This document shows, one piece after another, positions 1 through 13,622 of a DNA stretch of 64,000 bases (position 1 is the stretch's first letter; every line of letters starts with the position of its first letter). This DNA comes from Octopus sinensis (taxonomy: Eukaryota): the NCBI RefSeq assembly GCF_006345805.1, contig NC_043017.1, positions 21,576,001-21,640,000 on the forward strand, in the 5' to 3' direction. The notes below the pieces were generated by a model. That model did no database searches. It was given only the letters and a program-made list of their open reading frames with translations, and was not told where the DNA came from. Position numbers and translations under genes: made by a program.

Positions 1-110
1 CACACATATATATTCATGTAGACAAATAAATATACATATACTTATATGTATAGACACACACACACATATATATGTGTGTGTGTATATATATAAATATATA
101 TATATATATA

Positions 111-160
<50 letters not shown>

Positions 161-161
<1 letters not shown>

Positions 162-385
162 TCTTTTATTCTTTTATTCGTTTCAGTCATTTGACTGTGG
201 CCATGCTGTAGCACCGCCTTTAGCTGAACAATTTGACCCCAGGACTTGTTCTTTGTTAGCTTAGTACTTATTCTATCGGTCTCTTTTGCCGAATCACTAA
301 GTTACAGGAATGAAAACACACTAGCATCGGTTGTCAAGAGATGGTGGGGGGACAAACGCAGACACAGAAAAGTACACACACACAC
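161..385 (-). mobile_element. SINE family B, 3' half
   Basis: Reverse complement of the 3' half of the copy at 3691-4090 (tttcagtcatttgactgtggccatgctg ... gtacttattctatcggtctcttttgccgaa). Confidence 0.85.
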
Positions 386-2140
386 ATGAAATTAGGATTC
401 ACAATGATTCTTAATGCTCAATCCTATCCTGATGCCTCCACTGACCCCCCCCCCCAACCATATGAATACAGCAAGTCCCTTTTTTTTCTATTCAACCATC
501 AGGAGTAGTCAATGGTGAAACTCAGAGCAGAGCATCAACTTCTGATCTTATATACATACACACACAAATATATATACATATATATAACTGTATATAATAT
601 ATATCATAATGATATTTATTCTCTGATTTTGAAGTGACAATTTTTTAAATATAAACAAATGACCGGAAAATGATGAGCTAACCTCAGGCTGAATTGAACC
701 TACAAATCGATGCTTTCCTGGCTCCTTGCAAATCTGATTGGCCAAATGCTCACAAGCATTCAAAATCATCCTCGTCATCATCATAACCAACATCTTTATT
801 GGTTGTTTTGTTTTCTTAGTTTGTCTTATTGACCATTTTCTAAGCACTATTTCGGGAACTGTCAAGGAATTTTTATACATTTATCTTCATAACAACCAAA
901 ACATTTTAACTTTACTTGTCCAATTCTAATATACGATTCCATTCAATTCCAGTTGAAACCAACAACATATATAAATTTACCATTTTTTTTTCAGTCCATC
1001 TTATTCTTAACAATTTTCCATAAAACCAAATACTAAAAACTCTCTCATTTTTTTTCTCTTAACTTATTTTTTTTTTAAAATGCAATAATCATATCCACAA
1101 ATTGATGGTATTAGAATATGAAGGAAAAATTGTATAGGAATGGAACTCACATCAAATTCTTACAGACAATGACAACACAATCTCCCACCACACTACACAA
1201 AGTAATTGCAAAGCAATAACAGAGCCAAATATTCCATGCACAAATGACATCAGAATTAAAGACGGATATTTTAATTATGATAACGACTTGTTAATTTGTC
1301 TTTCTATTCTTTGTCTCTCTCTCCTTTTCACACAATATATAGTACTCCCTCTCTGTCTCTGCATCTCTCTCCTTTCATTCAATATATATATATATACACA
1401 CACTCATATATATATATATATATACATACATTTATATATATAAATATATAAATAAATATGTATATATAAATATATATAACACATTCTCTCTTTGTCTCTA
1501 AATATTGTATAGATGTGTGTGTATGTATACATATGTATATATATATGTGTATATATATACATATATATTTATAAATATATATGTATACATATATATATAT
1601 ATATTTCTCTCTCTTTCTGTCTCTCTCTCTTGTTCATTGTGTTTCCATTATATACTTTTCCTTTTTTGTGCATTTTGTTTTGTGTGTTTGTTTTTGAAAA
1701 TATTGGCTGTGTATATTCAAGATTCCATAACTACTAAAATATTGTCCAAAACTAACAACGTTACTACTCCGAACAAAAATTAATGGGCAATAAAGAAATT
1801 TAATGTTTTGTGGTCAACGTATTTTCTTACACTTCACAAAAAAAAAATATAACACAAAACACACACACCCACACACACACTTCATTGTATTCAATATATT
1901 TTGAGGATATTTCTTTTGTTTTAAATCATTCACGCTACTGACAGTGAGTTTGTCACTTCATCACTTCATGATCTATTCGATTCCAAGCCATATATTGTCT
2001 AGCAACCAAATTTCTGGTGGGATAGACATAAATTTATTATGATTTATTGAGAAATTCAGTGATGAATGTCAACAATATCCGAAACCAATGATATTTCCAT
2101 TTGTGTTTTCGTCATATAAATACATATATATATATATATA

Positions 2141-2191
<51 letters not shown>

Positions 2192-2295
2192 ACATATAGA
2201 CACACCCACACATGCACACACACATACACACACATATAATGATACAATTATATATGCATATATAAATATATATATATACACACACAAACACACAT

Positions 2296-2345
<50 letters not shown>

Positions 2346-3254
2346 TACACATACATATATAAACGGCAGTGCATCAGCATGGCCGCAGCTCTGATGGCCG
2401 CAGCTCTGAGATGAAACTAAAAACAAAAAAAAAATACATATGTATATAAAACACACAGACACACACACACTCATATAATGATACAATTATATGTATATAT
2501 ATATATATATATATATGTGTGTATATGTATGTATATAATATATGTGTATATGTATATGTATATAATTTCTCTGATTGTTTGACAGCAAAAACGAATGTTA
2601 CAAAGTTTGTATTGTATATTGAGTAAAACTTGCTCAGTGATATCTTCTCAATAAAATGGTTTTTATTATCATTTATGATATGGAATCAAAATTTGTCATT
2701 ACTGCTCTGAATCTGAGACAGAAAATGAGCAACATAACCATTGACATAACATGACCATCCTTCTACTGTTTGATTGCTGCACAACAATGTTGTTGATTAT
2801 ACCATATACATACATGCATACCTACCTACCTACCTACCTACCTACCTACCTACCTACCTACATACATACATACATACATACCTACCTACCTACCTACCTA
2901 CATACATACATACATACATGGTGGCTTCCCCCCGTTATTGAGTATGGCCATTGGACGAAGCTTAATCAATGTTGTTATTGTGCAATGCCTGTGCAAGACG
3001 ATTTTTTTAAAGTGAGGAAAGGCTGTGCACTGAGTCAATCCCACTCACTAAGCAACAGCAGCCATAATCCGAAAAGAAGAACAAGTCAACATCATCGGTA
3101 ACCACTGAGCCGCAGGTTTTATGTCAGAGTTATCCCAGTTACCTGAGTTACCTTCTCCTAGACATACCTACCTACTTACCTACCTACCTACATACATACA
3201 TACATGCATGTGTTTGTGTGTGTATATATATATATACACATATACACATGCATA

Positions 3255-3471
3255 TGAAGGGGTGCTGAAAAGTTCCTGGCTTTGCATAAGCGAAAATACA
3301 AGAGGATCAGATAATTATGATTTTATCTAACATATTCTCCTCTCAGATTCACATACTTATTGCAGTGGTCCTTCAGCTTTTCTAAGTCCTGTAAAAAGAA
3401 CTCACAAGGTTGGGCCACCAGCCAAGCCCTTTGCAATATCTTTACAGCCAAGCACTATTCAGCACTGCATT
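3255..3471. mobile_element. Tc1/mariner-like MITE, copy 1
   Basis: Preceded by TA. The left end GTGCTGAAAAGTTCCTGGCT matches the right end AGCCAAGCACTATTCAGCAC at 17/20 as an inverted repeat. A homologous copy lies at 22151-22356. Confidence 0.7.
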
Positions 3472-3690
3472 AACTGGGGCATTCTGTCAGTTATGATGAC
3501 AAGCATCCCAGTTGATTTGATCAAAGGAACAGCCAGCTTGTGAAATTAATGTGCAAGTGGCTGAGTACTCCACAGATATACATATGCTTATCATAGAATG
3601 AAATCACTTTAATCAATTATTCTATCCATTTTTTGTTTTGTGAGCTAATAATTTTGCGATACTGAATGTTATGTAAATAAAAGACTATCA

Positions 3691-4090
3691 GTGGCTGTGT
3701 GGTAAGTAGCTTGCTTACCAACTACATGGTTCCGAGTTCAGTCCCACTGCGTGGCACCTTGGGCAAGTGTCTTCTACTATAGCCTCGGGCCGACCAAAGT
3801 CTTGTGAGAGGATTTGGTAGATGGAAACTGAAAGAAACCTATCGTATATATGTATATATATATATATGCGTGTGTGTGTTTGTGTGTCTGTGTTTGTCCC
3901 CCTAGCATTGCTTGACAACCGATGCTGGTGTGTTTACATCCCCATTATTTAGCAGTTCGGCAAAAGAGACCGATAGAATAAGTACTAGGCTTACAAAAGA
4001 ATAAGTCCCGGGGTCGAGTTGCTCGATTAAAGGCGGTGCTCCAGCATGGCCGCAGTCAAATGACTGAAACAAGTAAAAGAGTAAAGAGAA
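3691..4090 (+). mobile_element. tRNA-derived SINE family B, near full length, with central (TA)/(TG) tract
   Basis: Pol III A/B-box-like head (TGGCTGTGTGGTAAG ... GAGTTCAGTCCC), CCTTGGGCAAGT motif, internal microsatellite, 3' hairpin CAGTC-AAAT-GACTG and A-rich tail. More than 10 whole or partial copies occur in the window. Confidence 0.9.
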
Positions 4091-4329
4091 TATCTTAACT
4101 GAATAGATTTTCATGTGATTAGGGTGGTATACAACTTTTGCACCATGCTGTATATATATATAGCAGACTAAATATGCCCCTAAAACAGCTAGTGGAAGCA
4201 TGGTGCAAGTTACCAAATCATACTCACTCAAGACTGACTGCTGACTGGATATTCTATCATAGGAATATTGGCTTCAAATACAAGGCCAGTATTTATCGGG
4301 GAAGGGCGTTCAGTGACTCACATCAACCA

Positions 4330-5585
4330 CAATGCTCAATTATTACTTATTTTACTGATCCCAAAATGGACCCCTATGAAATTTGATGGTGTGCTAATGA
4401 ATCTGCCAATTAGCCACCTTTTGGTTTCTAATTTTGGCAGAAGGCCAGTATTTTCAGGGGAGAAGTTTTGTTGTTTACATTGGCCCCAAAATGATGAAAG
4501 GTTAAGTCAACCACAGCAAAATTTGAACTCAGAATGTGAAGATGGATGAAATGGTACTAAACATTTTGTCTGACATGCTAATGAATCAGTCAGCTTGTCC
4601 CCTTTTCATTAGCTAATACTGGTTTCAATTTTTGGCACAATGCCGGTATTTTCAGGGGTGAGGTTAAGTTGATTACATCAACCACCCCACCCAGGTTCAA
4701 CTAATACTTACATTACAGTTTCAGAATATAATTCTGTGTGTAACAAGGAAAGGTAAAGTCGACCACAGAAGAATTTTAACACAAAATGTGAAGATAGAAA
4801 GAATTTTGAAGGCAATTGCGTTGACCCCAGTACGTAACTGGTACTTGCTCACAACATCATAAGCGGAAAGTGTAACCTCTCGAAAGAGCTGTTCTTCACT
4901 CCTGCTCCAGAGTGTGGGCTGCGGGGTCACTCCGAAAAGCTCTATCTGCGACGATTTCATCTCAATCGAAGGAGAGGGGCTTTCTCCGTCCGGGTTGCAG
5001 ATCCGTGGAATAAGCTGCCGGATGAGATAGTGAAGATGCCAACAACCGCTTGGTTCAAAGTCTCTCTTGACCAGAAATGGCCTGAACTCTTTGCATGAAC
5101 ACCCTCCCTGTACATAGCTCCATGTCCCCATACATGGCCTTGCTTTTTGCTTTTTGAACCAAAAAATTAAACTTAACTTAACTTATTTTATCGACCCCCA
5201 AAAGGACGAAATGCAAAGTTGACCTCAGCAAAATCTGGACTCAGAACATGGAGAGAGATAAAATGGCGCTAAGAATTTCTAAGTCAATTACATCGACCCC
5301 AGTACGTCACTGGTACTTATTTTATCGACCCCCAAAAAGACGAAATGCAAAGTTGACCTCAGCAGAATCTGAACTGAGAACATGGAGACAGATAAAATGA
5401 CGCTAAGAAATTTCTAAGTCAATTACATCGACCCCAGTACGCCACTGGTACTTATTTTATCGACCTTGAAAAGATGAAAGGCAAAGTCAACTTTTGAAGG
5501 CATTTAACTCAGAATGCAAAAACAGATGAAGTGCTGCTAAGCATTTTTTCCTGTCATACTAACAATTCTGCCAGCTCACTGCCTT
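4330..5585 (-). mobile_element. Cluster of SINE family A copies, including a ~134-bp internal tandem unit, interrupted by a CR1 fragment
   Basis: Repeated gtacttattttatcgacccc...gaaaggcaaagtcgacc...gaatttgaactcagaa. The unit recurs at 5191, 5325 and 5460. Confidence 0.85.
4847..5184 (+). mobile_element. 5'-truncated CR1-clade LINE: ORF2 C-terminus, 3' UTR and (AACTT)n tail
   Basis: The open frame 4847-5098 reads AHNIISGKCNLSKELFFTPAPECGLRGHSEKLYLRRFHLNRRRGAFSVRVADPWNKLPDEIVKMPTTAWFKVSLDQKWPELFA*. It carries the CR1 hallmarks LRGH-x2-KL, FS-x-RV-x3-WN-x-LP and FK-x2-LD. 3' UTR stem CCATGT/ACATGG at 5120-5137; tail (AACTT)3. Confidence 0.9.
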
Positions 5586-6019
5586 TTTTATCATAGAGAT
5601 ATTAAAACGTAATCTGTCCAATGGAGAATTTAATTTTAACAGACCAAACTCTGCCAGTTTTTCTCTGTGAATTTCAGTTTCAGAATATAATTCTGTGTGT
5701 AACATGGCCATTCTCCAAACTTTAATTGCTTCTAAAGCCTTCATCATGGATGTCTGCAGTGACATTTCATCAATTCCTCTGATTGATGGAGCACTACAAG
5801 TAGAGGTCTTCGTTAATTTAGTCGGAAATGAAAGAATTTTTAATTTGGAGCGGTTTAGCTGTGCTGATAAAACTAAGTGACAAATTAGGCAAGTTGCTTA
5901 ACTCAGTCATTAACTGCAGGCCAACTGATGAGAGAATGATACTTTGTGGCTTTGTGAATGGATGGATGGGTGGGTGGTCGGGCAGGGGTCGGGTTTTGGG
6001 TGGAAAGGCTGACAGACAA

Positions 6020-6073
<54 letters not shown>

Positions 6074-7027
6074 GGAAGGATGAGTGGTTGTTTGGGTGGA
6101 TGGATAGATAGATAGATGGATGGATGGATGGATTAGAGAATAGATGGACAGATAGATGGATAAATGGAGAAATAGATAGAAAGACAGACAGATAGACAAA
6201 CAGTCAGTCAGAAAGACAGAAACACAGACAGACAGATAAGGAGATGTGTAGATAAATAGATTGATGGTTGGATGGATGGACAGAGTGATGAATAAATGGG
6301 TAGATAAATTAACAGAAGTAAAATGGGATAGATGGATTGATAGAAAGGCAGATAGAGAAACAGACAATCAGACAGACAGGCTGATAGGATGATAGATAGA
6401 TGGATTGAAACTTGGATAAAAGAATAAGATGGTTGATTAGATAGATTGATAGACATGCAGCGGGCATTTGGGTAGAGAGGTAGGTAGAGAAATAATCAAG
6501 CCTTGATTGATTAAATTGTAGGGAGAGCAGGGTTAGAGAAGAGGAGATGGAAGAGAAGGCAAGACAGTAATTAGAAGTGTCCTTAGAGAAGTAAGTGCTA
6601 GCTCACATAAAGTAGCAATTACAATAAATTTAGCTAATCAAAACTTTACCTGTTATCCTATCAAGGTAAATGTTGCTGAACAAAAGCTTAAATCAGTATT
6701 TTCTCACACTTTGAAATCTAGGGCTCTATGAGAGGTTGTAGGGGTTCTGTGACAAGTTATTAAGGGTTCCACAAGAAAAAGTGATTGATGTCTTTTATCT
6801 TTTAGTTGTTTCAGTCATTAGACTGTGGCCATGCTGGGGCACTGCCTTGAAGAAGTTTTAATCAAATGAATCGACCCCCAGGACTTTATTTTTTTTTTAA
6901 GCCTGATACTTATTCTTACAATATTATTTTTATATATTTTTGATACGTTCAAGATAATGTCTTTCTTGTTTTGTGAATATCTTTGGCTATAATAATAATG
7001 ATGATGATGATGATGATGATAATAATA

Positions 7028-7244
7028 ATCCTTTCTGCTAAAGGCACAAGAACCAAAATTTTGGGGAGGGAGGTAGTCAATTACATCAAGCCCAGTGTCC
7101 AAGTGGTACTTAATTTATCGACCCCTGAAAGGATGAAAGGCAAAGTCGACCTTGGTGGAATTTGAACACAGTACATAGCAACAGGTGAACTATCACTGAG
7201 CATTTCATCCAGCATACTAATAATACTGCCAAGCTCACTGCCTT

Positions 7245-7299
<55 letters not shown>

Positions 7300-7555
7300 T
7301 AATAATAATAATAATGATAATAATGATAATAATAAATAATCCTTTCTACTAAAAGCACAAGGCCTGAAATTTTTTGGGGGGAGACTAGTCAATTACATCG
7401 ACCCCAGTATTTCACTGGTACTTAAATTATCAATCTCGAAAGGATGAAAGGCAAAGTTAACCTTGGCGGAATTTGAACTCAAATTGCAGCGATGGACAAA
7501 ATACCGCTCAGCATTTTGTCTAGTTTGCTAACGATTCTGCCAGCTCACCACCTTA
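7028..7555 (-). mobile_element. Two SINE family A copies (about 7028-7245 and 7339-7555) separated by (AAT)n
   Basis: Each is the reverse complement of the + copy at 61195-61410. Confidence 0.9.
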
Positions 7556-7626
<71 letters not shown>

Positions 7627-7642
7627 TATAATAACAGTAATA

Positions 7643-7680
<38 letters not shown>

Positions 7681-7928
7681 TATAATAATAATAATAATAA
7701 TAATCATAATAATCATAATAATAATAATAATAATAATATAATTATAATAATAATAATAATAATAATCATAATACATCATAATAATAATAATAATAATAAT
7801 AATTATAATAATAATAATAATAATAATATAAAATCATAATAATAATAATAATAATAATAATTATAATAACAGTAATAAGTAATAATAATATAATAATAAT
7901 AATAATAATAATTATAATAACAGTAATA

Positions 7929-7962
<34 letters not shown>

Positions 7963-8037
7963 GAATATAATAATAATAATAATAATAATAATTATAATAA
8001 CAGTAATGATAGTAATAATAATAATAATAAAAATAAA

Positions 8038-8081
<44 letters not shown>

Positions 8082-8123
8082 TATTACTGTTATTATAATT
8101 ATTATTATTATTATTATTATTAT
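7556..8123. repeat. (AAT)n microsatellite switching to (ATT)n at about 8050
   Basis: Read directly from the sequence. Confidence 0.95.
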
Positions 8124-9095
8124 TCCTTTTAAATGTGAAACTCTCTAAATAACATTGTAGATGACCAAAAAATGAGAAAAATCGAAACCTGGTGTATGAG
8201 TGTGGCTGTGTGTGTATATGTAAGTGCATGTGAATATGTGTGTGTCTACGATTACATGCATATGTATGTGTGTGTGCTTGTCTGTTTAAATGTGTGTCCA
8301 TCCTCTTGACTTTCTCTCTCTCTTTATTCCTCTTGTTATTTCCCAGCATCATGTAGTCAATAACATACACCCTCTGCACGCTTAATCATCAGAGCTGGTA
8401 TCTAAATGAGAGAGAGAGAGAGGAGGAAGACAGAGAGAGAAAGAGAGAGAGAGAGGAGGAAGAGAGAGAGAGAGAAGAGGAAGAGATAGAAAGAGAAGTC
8501 CGCCATGTTAATGCTTCTTCGCCAGCATATTTAGCAATCCCTCTCTCATCTGTGTGCCGAGCTAAAAGCCCTTGCCATGCAACATGCTATTAAAAACATA
8601 TAAAATGACCCTGAACCGCAACCCCTCCTCTCTCTCTCTCTCCTCTCTCTCTTTCTTTCTCTGTTTCTCTCTTTTGCACGTTCTGCACATGGCCTTTCTC
8701 GTTTTGCATGTGCAATCCGATGCAGGAGAAAGAGAGAGAAGTCTTTTGTTTTTTTTTCTTCTTTTTTTTTTGGTTTGTGTTTTTAAGAAATGAAGCTGTC
8801 ACTAGACAACAGATACAGGTTGTGTCTGTTGCTGCGCAAATGCAAATATGGCATTTAAAATGCTTTACATGCAAATGTTGTGCAACAAATGCACCAAAGA
8901 AATAACCAGCTTTATTCGTGATTTTTTTTTTCCTTTTGGCAAATATTCTCTGGTGCACACACCACACACACACACACACATGCACACACACACAAAACAA
9001 TAAATAGAAATAAAATAGAATAAAATGAACAATTGCAAAACGAATCTTAAAATGATTTGTAGGAAATTCTTTCATCTGTAAAATAATTGAACCCA

Positions 9096-9126
<31 letters not shown>

Positions 9127-9885
9127 ATAATCATTAATAATAATAATAATAATTGTTATTTTTATTATTATCAATGATGAGTCTATTATTATTATTATTA
9201 TTACTATTACTATTATTATTATTACTATTACTATTACTATTATTATTATTACTATTACTATTACTATTATTATTATTATTATTATTATTATTAGTATTGA
9301 ACCAAAATTTGAAGCCTTTATTGTTATCATCATCATCATGATGATGATTGTAGCACAATTTGAAACCATTATTATCATCATTATTATTATTATTATTACT
9401 ATTATCATTATTATTACTATTATTATTATTATTATTATTATTATGATAGTGCCAAAATTTGAAACTATTATTGCTGTTGTTGTTGTTGTTGCTGTTATTA
9501 TTATTATTATATTATTATTATTATTGTTAATACTATTATTATTATTGTTATTATCATTGTTGTTGTTGTCATCGTCGTTGTTTTTGTTGTAAATATTATG
9601 TCAATTTGGCAGTTGTAAACCCCCATTTTTTATTATCTTTGATCAGAGATCTGGAATGTTCTCACCTCACTCTGCAAGTTTTATATGGAGATTGCACAAC
9701 ACAACATCAATTGTGGATTTGTGAACCGACAAATCTGCTTGTTTTGTGTTGAAATGCCGTAAAATATGATGCAGGAATTCATCACACACATACACACGCA
9801 CAGAGAGAGAGAGACATACACATATATATATACATGCATGTATGTATTTACTATATTATATATATATATATATTATAATTATATA

Positions 9886-9920
<35 letters not shown>

Positions 9921-10743
9921 GATGTGTGTGTGTGTATTTTTTTTACCGGCATGGGTGTAGAAATGAAACAACAATCATACCACAAGTGCCAAAAGAGAAC
10001 AAAAAACAATGAAATAAAACTAAAATATCTAAAAATTAAAAAAATAAAAATAAAGGTAGTAGGTTGAATCTGATGGTGATATAAACTGTAAGAACTTGAG
10101 ATTGCTGACTGGGTAAATAAGGAGAGTGGAGGCTGGTAAACAAGGAACAATGCTACATGGCAGATTTTTATATTGGCATTCAGTCACAGAAGTTGACTTT
10201 TGATTTCAATGCGCAACACTGCAAGAGAATTGGTGTGTTGCACCTTTTTATGCATGAGTCTTTGAGGTGTATTGACTTTACAAGAGTCACTCTGTTGATT
10301 CGCTGCTTGCGTAATCATAACCAGCGAGTGTGGAGATATAATTCTGATTCTCATTCTCAAGTGCGTGTATGTTCAGCGAAGATGAATGGAACTGGGTCCT
10401 GCCATTAACTAAAAAGTCGGGTGTCGGGGTACGAAACAACATCCATCGCTGTATAATCAGATGTGCATATTTGTAAGTGCTTTGCATTTTTTGGCGTATT
10501 TGCATTTGCGATTCCGTAATGGTTGGCTTCGTAAAAGGCACAAATAACCCACCCCATCCACCAACCTGTGCCACCCACACCCATACATATGTGTACATAA
10601 ACTAAAATATTGAGCATGCATCAGGAAGGAGGTGACTGTCATAAATAGGCCCACCACCAAAGAATGTGTATTTGGGAAGGGGTGGACTCCATCTGTGAGT
10701 GAACCCTTCATAAAGTATTTTAACATATCGAGAAGGGAGTGAC

Positions 10744-10764
10744 AACTACTACTATTGCTGCTAT

Positions 10765-10806
<42 letters not shown>

Positions 10807-11016
10807 CAGTACTGCTTTTACTACTACAACTATCACTGCTGCTGCTGCTACAGCTACTACTACTGCTACTAGTGCTGCTGCTGCTGTTGCTACTACTACT
10901 ACTACTACTACCACCATTGCTGCTACTGTTACCACTATTACTGCTGCTGCCGCCACTACTACTACTACTACCACCACTACTACTACTACTTCTACCATTG
11001 CTGCTGCTGCTGTTGC

Positions 11017-11087
<71 letters not shown>

Positions 11088-11143
11088 GATGCTACTGCTG
11101 CTACTACTACCATTGCTGCCGCTACTACTACTACTACTACTAC
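10744..11143. repeat. (CTA)n/(CTG)n compound trinucleotide repeat
   Basis: Read directly; accounts for the poly-T/L/S ORFs in the track. Confidence 0.95.
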
Positions 11144-11485
11144 TTGTGATCCCCTTATAGAATATCATTTATGTATCTGGAAGGAAGTGACAACCATTTC
11201 TATGAGAAAACCCTTTTTTAAAGTATTGTTTATTTGTCTCCAAAAGAACAGTAGTCGCAAGTGGCCCTGATGCTGAATTATTGCTCTTCTATCTCAAACA
11301 GAGAAGCAGTCACAGGTCACAGTGAGTTCCTCCTCAACATTAAATTGGAGTCTGGACACCTCCCCAACTGGCCAGCTTCATGTCAAACTGTCCAACCCAT
11401 GCCAGCATGGAAAATGGAAGTTAAATGATAATGACAACGACGATGATGATGATGATGATAATATGTTCTAAAAATAAAATAAAGA

Positions 11486-11803
11486 GGAGTGGTTGTGTGT
11501 GTGGTAACTAGCTTGCTTACCAGCCACATGGTTCTGGGTTCAGTCCCACTGTGTGGTACCTTGGGCAGGTGACTTCTACTATAGCCTCGGGCCGACCAAA
11601 GCCTTATGAGTAGATTTGGTAGACGGAAACTGAAAGAAGCCCATCGTAATATATGTGTGTGTGTGTGTGTGTGTGTGCTTGTTCCCCCATCATCACTTGA
11701 CAACTGATGCTGGTGTGTTTAGTCCCTGTAACTGAGTGGTTTGTTAAAAGACACCGATAGAATAAGTACTAGGCTTACAAAGAATAAGCCCTGGGGTCGA
11801 TTT
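11486..11803 (+). mobile_element. SINE family B, 3'-truncated
   Basis: Colinear with 3691-4020. Confidence 0.85.
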
Positions 11804-11894
11804 GAAATTATTATTATTGTTGATGTAGACACAATATCTTCATTCAACAACTTTCTGATATTGAATACTGTGCGACATCAACAATAATAATAAT

Positions 11895-12320
11895 TTCAAA
11901 TTTTTGCCACCGGGGCAGCTTGGAGGAGAGGATTAAGTCGATTACATCGACCCCAATCCATAACTTGTGCTTATTTAATCAACCCCAAAAAGATGAAAGG
12001 CAAAGCTGACCTAGCCAGAATTTGAACTCAGAACGTGATGCCAAACGACATTCTGCTAAGCATTTCGCCCAGCATGCTAACAACAACAACAACAACAATA
12101 ATAATAATAATAACAATAATAATAATTATGGTTTCAAATTTTGGCACAAGGCCATAGATTTTGAGGGACAGGGTAAGTTGATTGCATCAGCTCCAATACT
12201 CAATTCATACTTATTTTATCAACTCTGAAAGGATGGAAAGCAAAGATGACCTCGGCAGAATTTGAACTCAGGACATAAGGTTGTACAAAATACCTACTGA
12301 GCGTTTTACCTGTCATGCTA
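11895..12320 (-). mobile_element. Two SINE family A copies (subfamily ending ggtttcaaattttggcacaagg on the + strand)
   Basis: Same core as the other family A copies. Confidence 0.8.
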
Positions 12321-13539
12321 AATTTAGGGAAAAAAAATGTTTGCAAGCAGAACAATAATGATGACTACTATGATAACATCAACAACCATAGCAGGAACAA
12401 AATAACAACCACCACTACCACCACCACCACCACCACCACCACCAAAAACAACACAACCAACAACATCACTGTCATCATCATCATCATCATCAACAATGAG
12501 ACTGTCAGCAACAACAACAGCAACACCGTCATCACCAATAACTTCATCAAGAGAAGCACTATCACCACCACCACTACCATCACCACCACTACCACCACTA
12601 CCATCACAGCCACCATGAACAACAACACAACCAGCAACATCACCATCATCATCATCATCATAAACAACAAGATTATCAGCAACAACAACAGCAACACTAT
12701 CATCACCAACAACTACATCACGAGAACCACCACCACCACCACCACCACCAGCAACAGCAACAGCAACAACAACAACACTAAGTATTAGTGACGTCAGTGA
12801 GTTCGATCCCATTAGAAATAAACTCATGATTGAATCAACACTGAATGATTATTGAAAGAGATCAATCAAGATTTATGGAAAGATTTACATCTGGCTTTAA
12901 TCATGGCTTCTATTTTTTTTTTGCTTGTCTGTTTTGTTTTTGCTTATATTACTTTCTTCTTCTGATTATTCTCACCACCACCACCACCACCACCACCACT
13001 ACTACTACTACCAGTACCACGACCACCACCACAGCCACCACTACTACTAATACTACCACGCCCACCACCACTAATACTACCACGACAACCACCACTACCA
13101 CCACCGCAACTACTACTACTACCACCACACCCACAACCACTACTACTACCATCACCAATGTCCCATCCATAACACCAGTGTGATCAACGGTGAGTCCCAC
13201 AAGGCAATCTAAATCACCACCATCGTTAACACTACCACCACCATCACTATCACTACTACTACTACAGTTCCCTCACTACCTCCACCACCACCACCACCAC
13301 CACCATCATGACCACTGTTGCTGTCCTCACCATGTCCCCTTTTATTTTATTTTATAATTTGAAAATAATTTTCTCGGCAATGTAAACATTTGAAGATTTT
13401 ATACATTGTTGATTCAGTTGATAAACTACTACAGGCTATACACATGGTGCTTCCAGTATATATATATATATATATATGTATGTGTGAATGTGTGTGTGTG
13501 TTAATCAAAGTGTGCAGAATTATATATCCATTATGACTG

Positions 13540-13622
13540 ATCTTACAACCCAGTCTCACACTTGGGGTTCAACTGAGTGTTAGGTAACAGTTCAATGATG
13601 TAACCCTGTGCTCATCAGAGGT
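13540..13622 (-). ncRNA. Degenerate type I hammerhead-ribozyme-like motif
   Basis: Minus strand: acct CTGATGA GCAC agggtt...aacccc aa GTGT GAGA C tgggtt G TA agat. GAAA has changed to GAGA. Confidence 0.45.

Noticed and set aside
690-760. Possible minus-strand exon (ICKEPGKHRFVGSIQPE) ending GAG|GTTAGC
   Set aside because: The acceptor lacks a pyrimidine tract, the peptide is not recognised, and there are no partner exons.
2055-2092. GTGATGA...CCGAAAC hammerhead-like words; also isolated CTGATGA/CTGAAGA at about 5925, 8385 (-), 32513 and 49187
   Set aside because: No credible stem II, GAAA box or stem I in register; such 7-mers are expected by chance.
3715-4231. Recurrent peptides such as [12 protein letters not shown] and [14 protein letters not shown] (also at 36585-36935 and 55332-55652)
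   Set aside because: They are translations of SINE family B, not a gene family.
5185-5585. Regularly spaced repeats here and at 38373-38448 as a CRISPR-like array
   Set aside because: The context is eukaryotic, the units are whole tandem duplications or degenerate motifs without unique spacers, and there are no cas genes.
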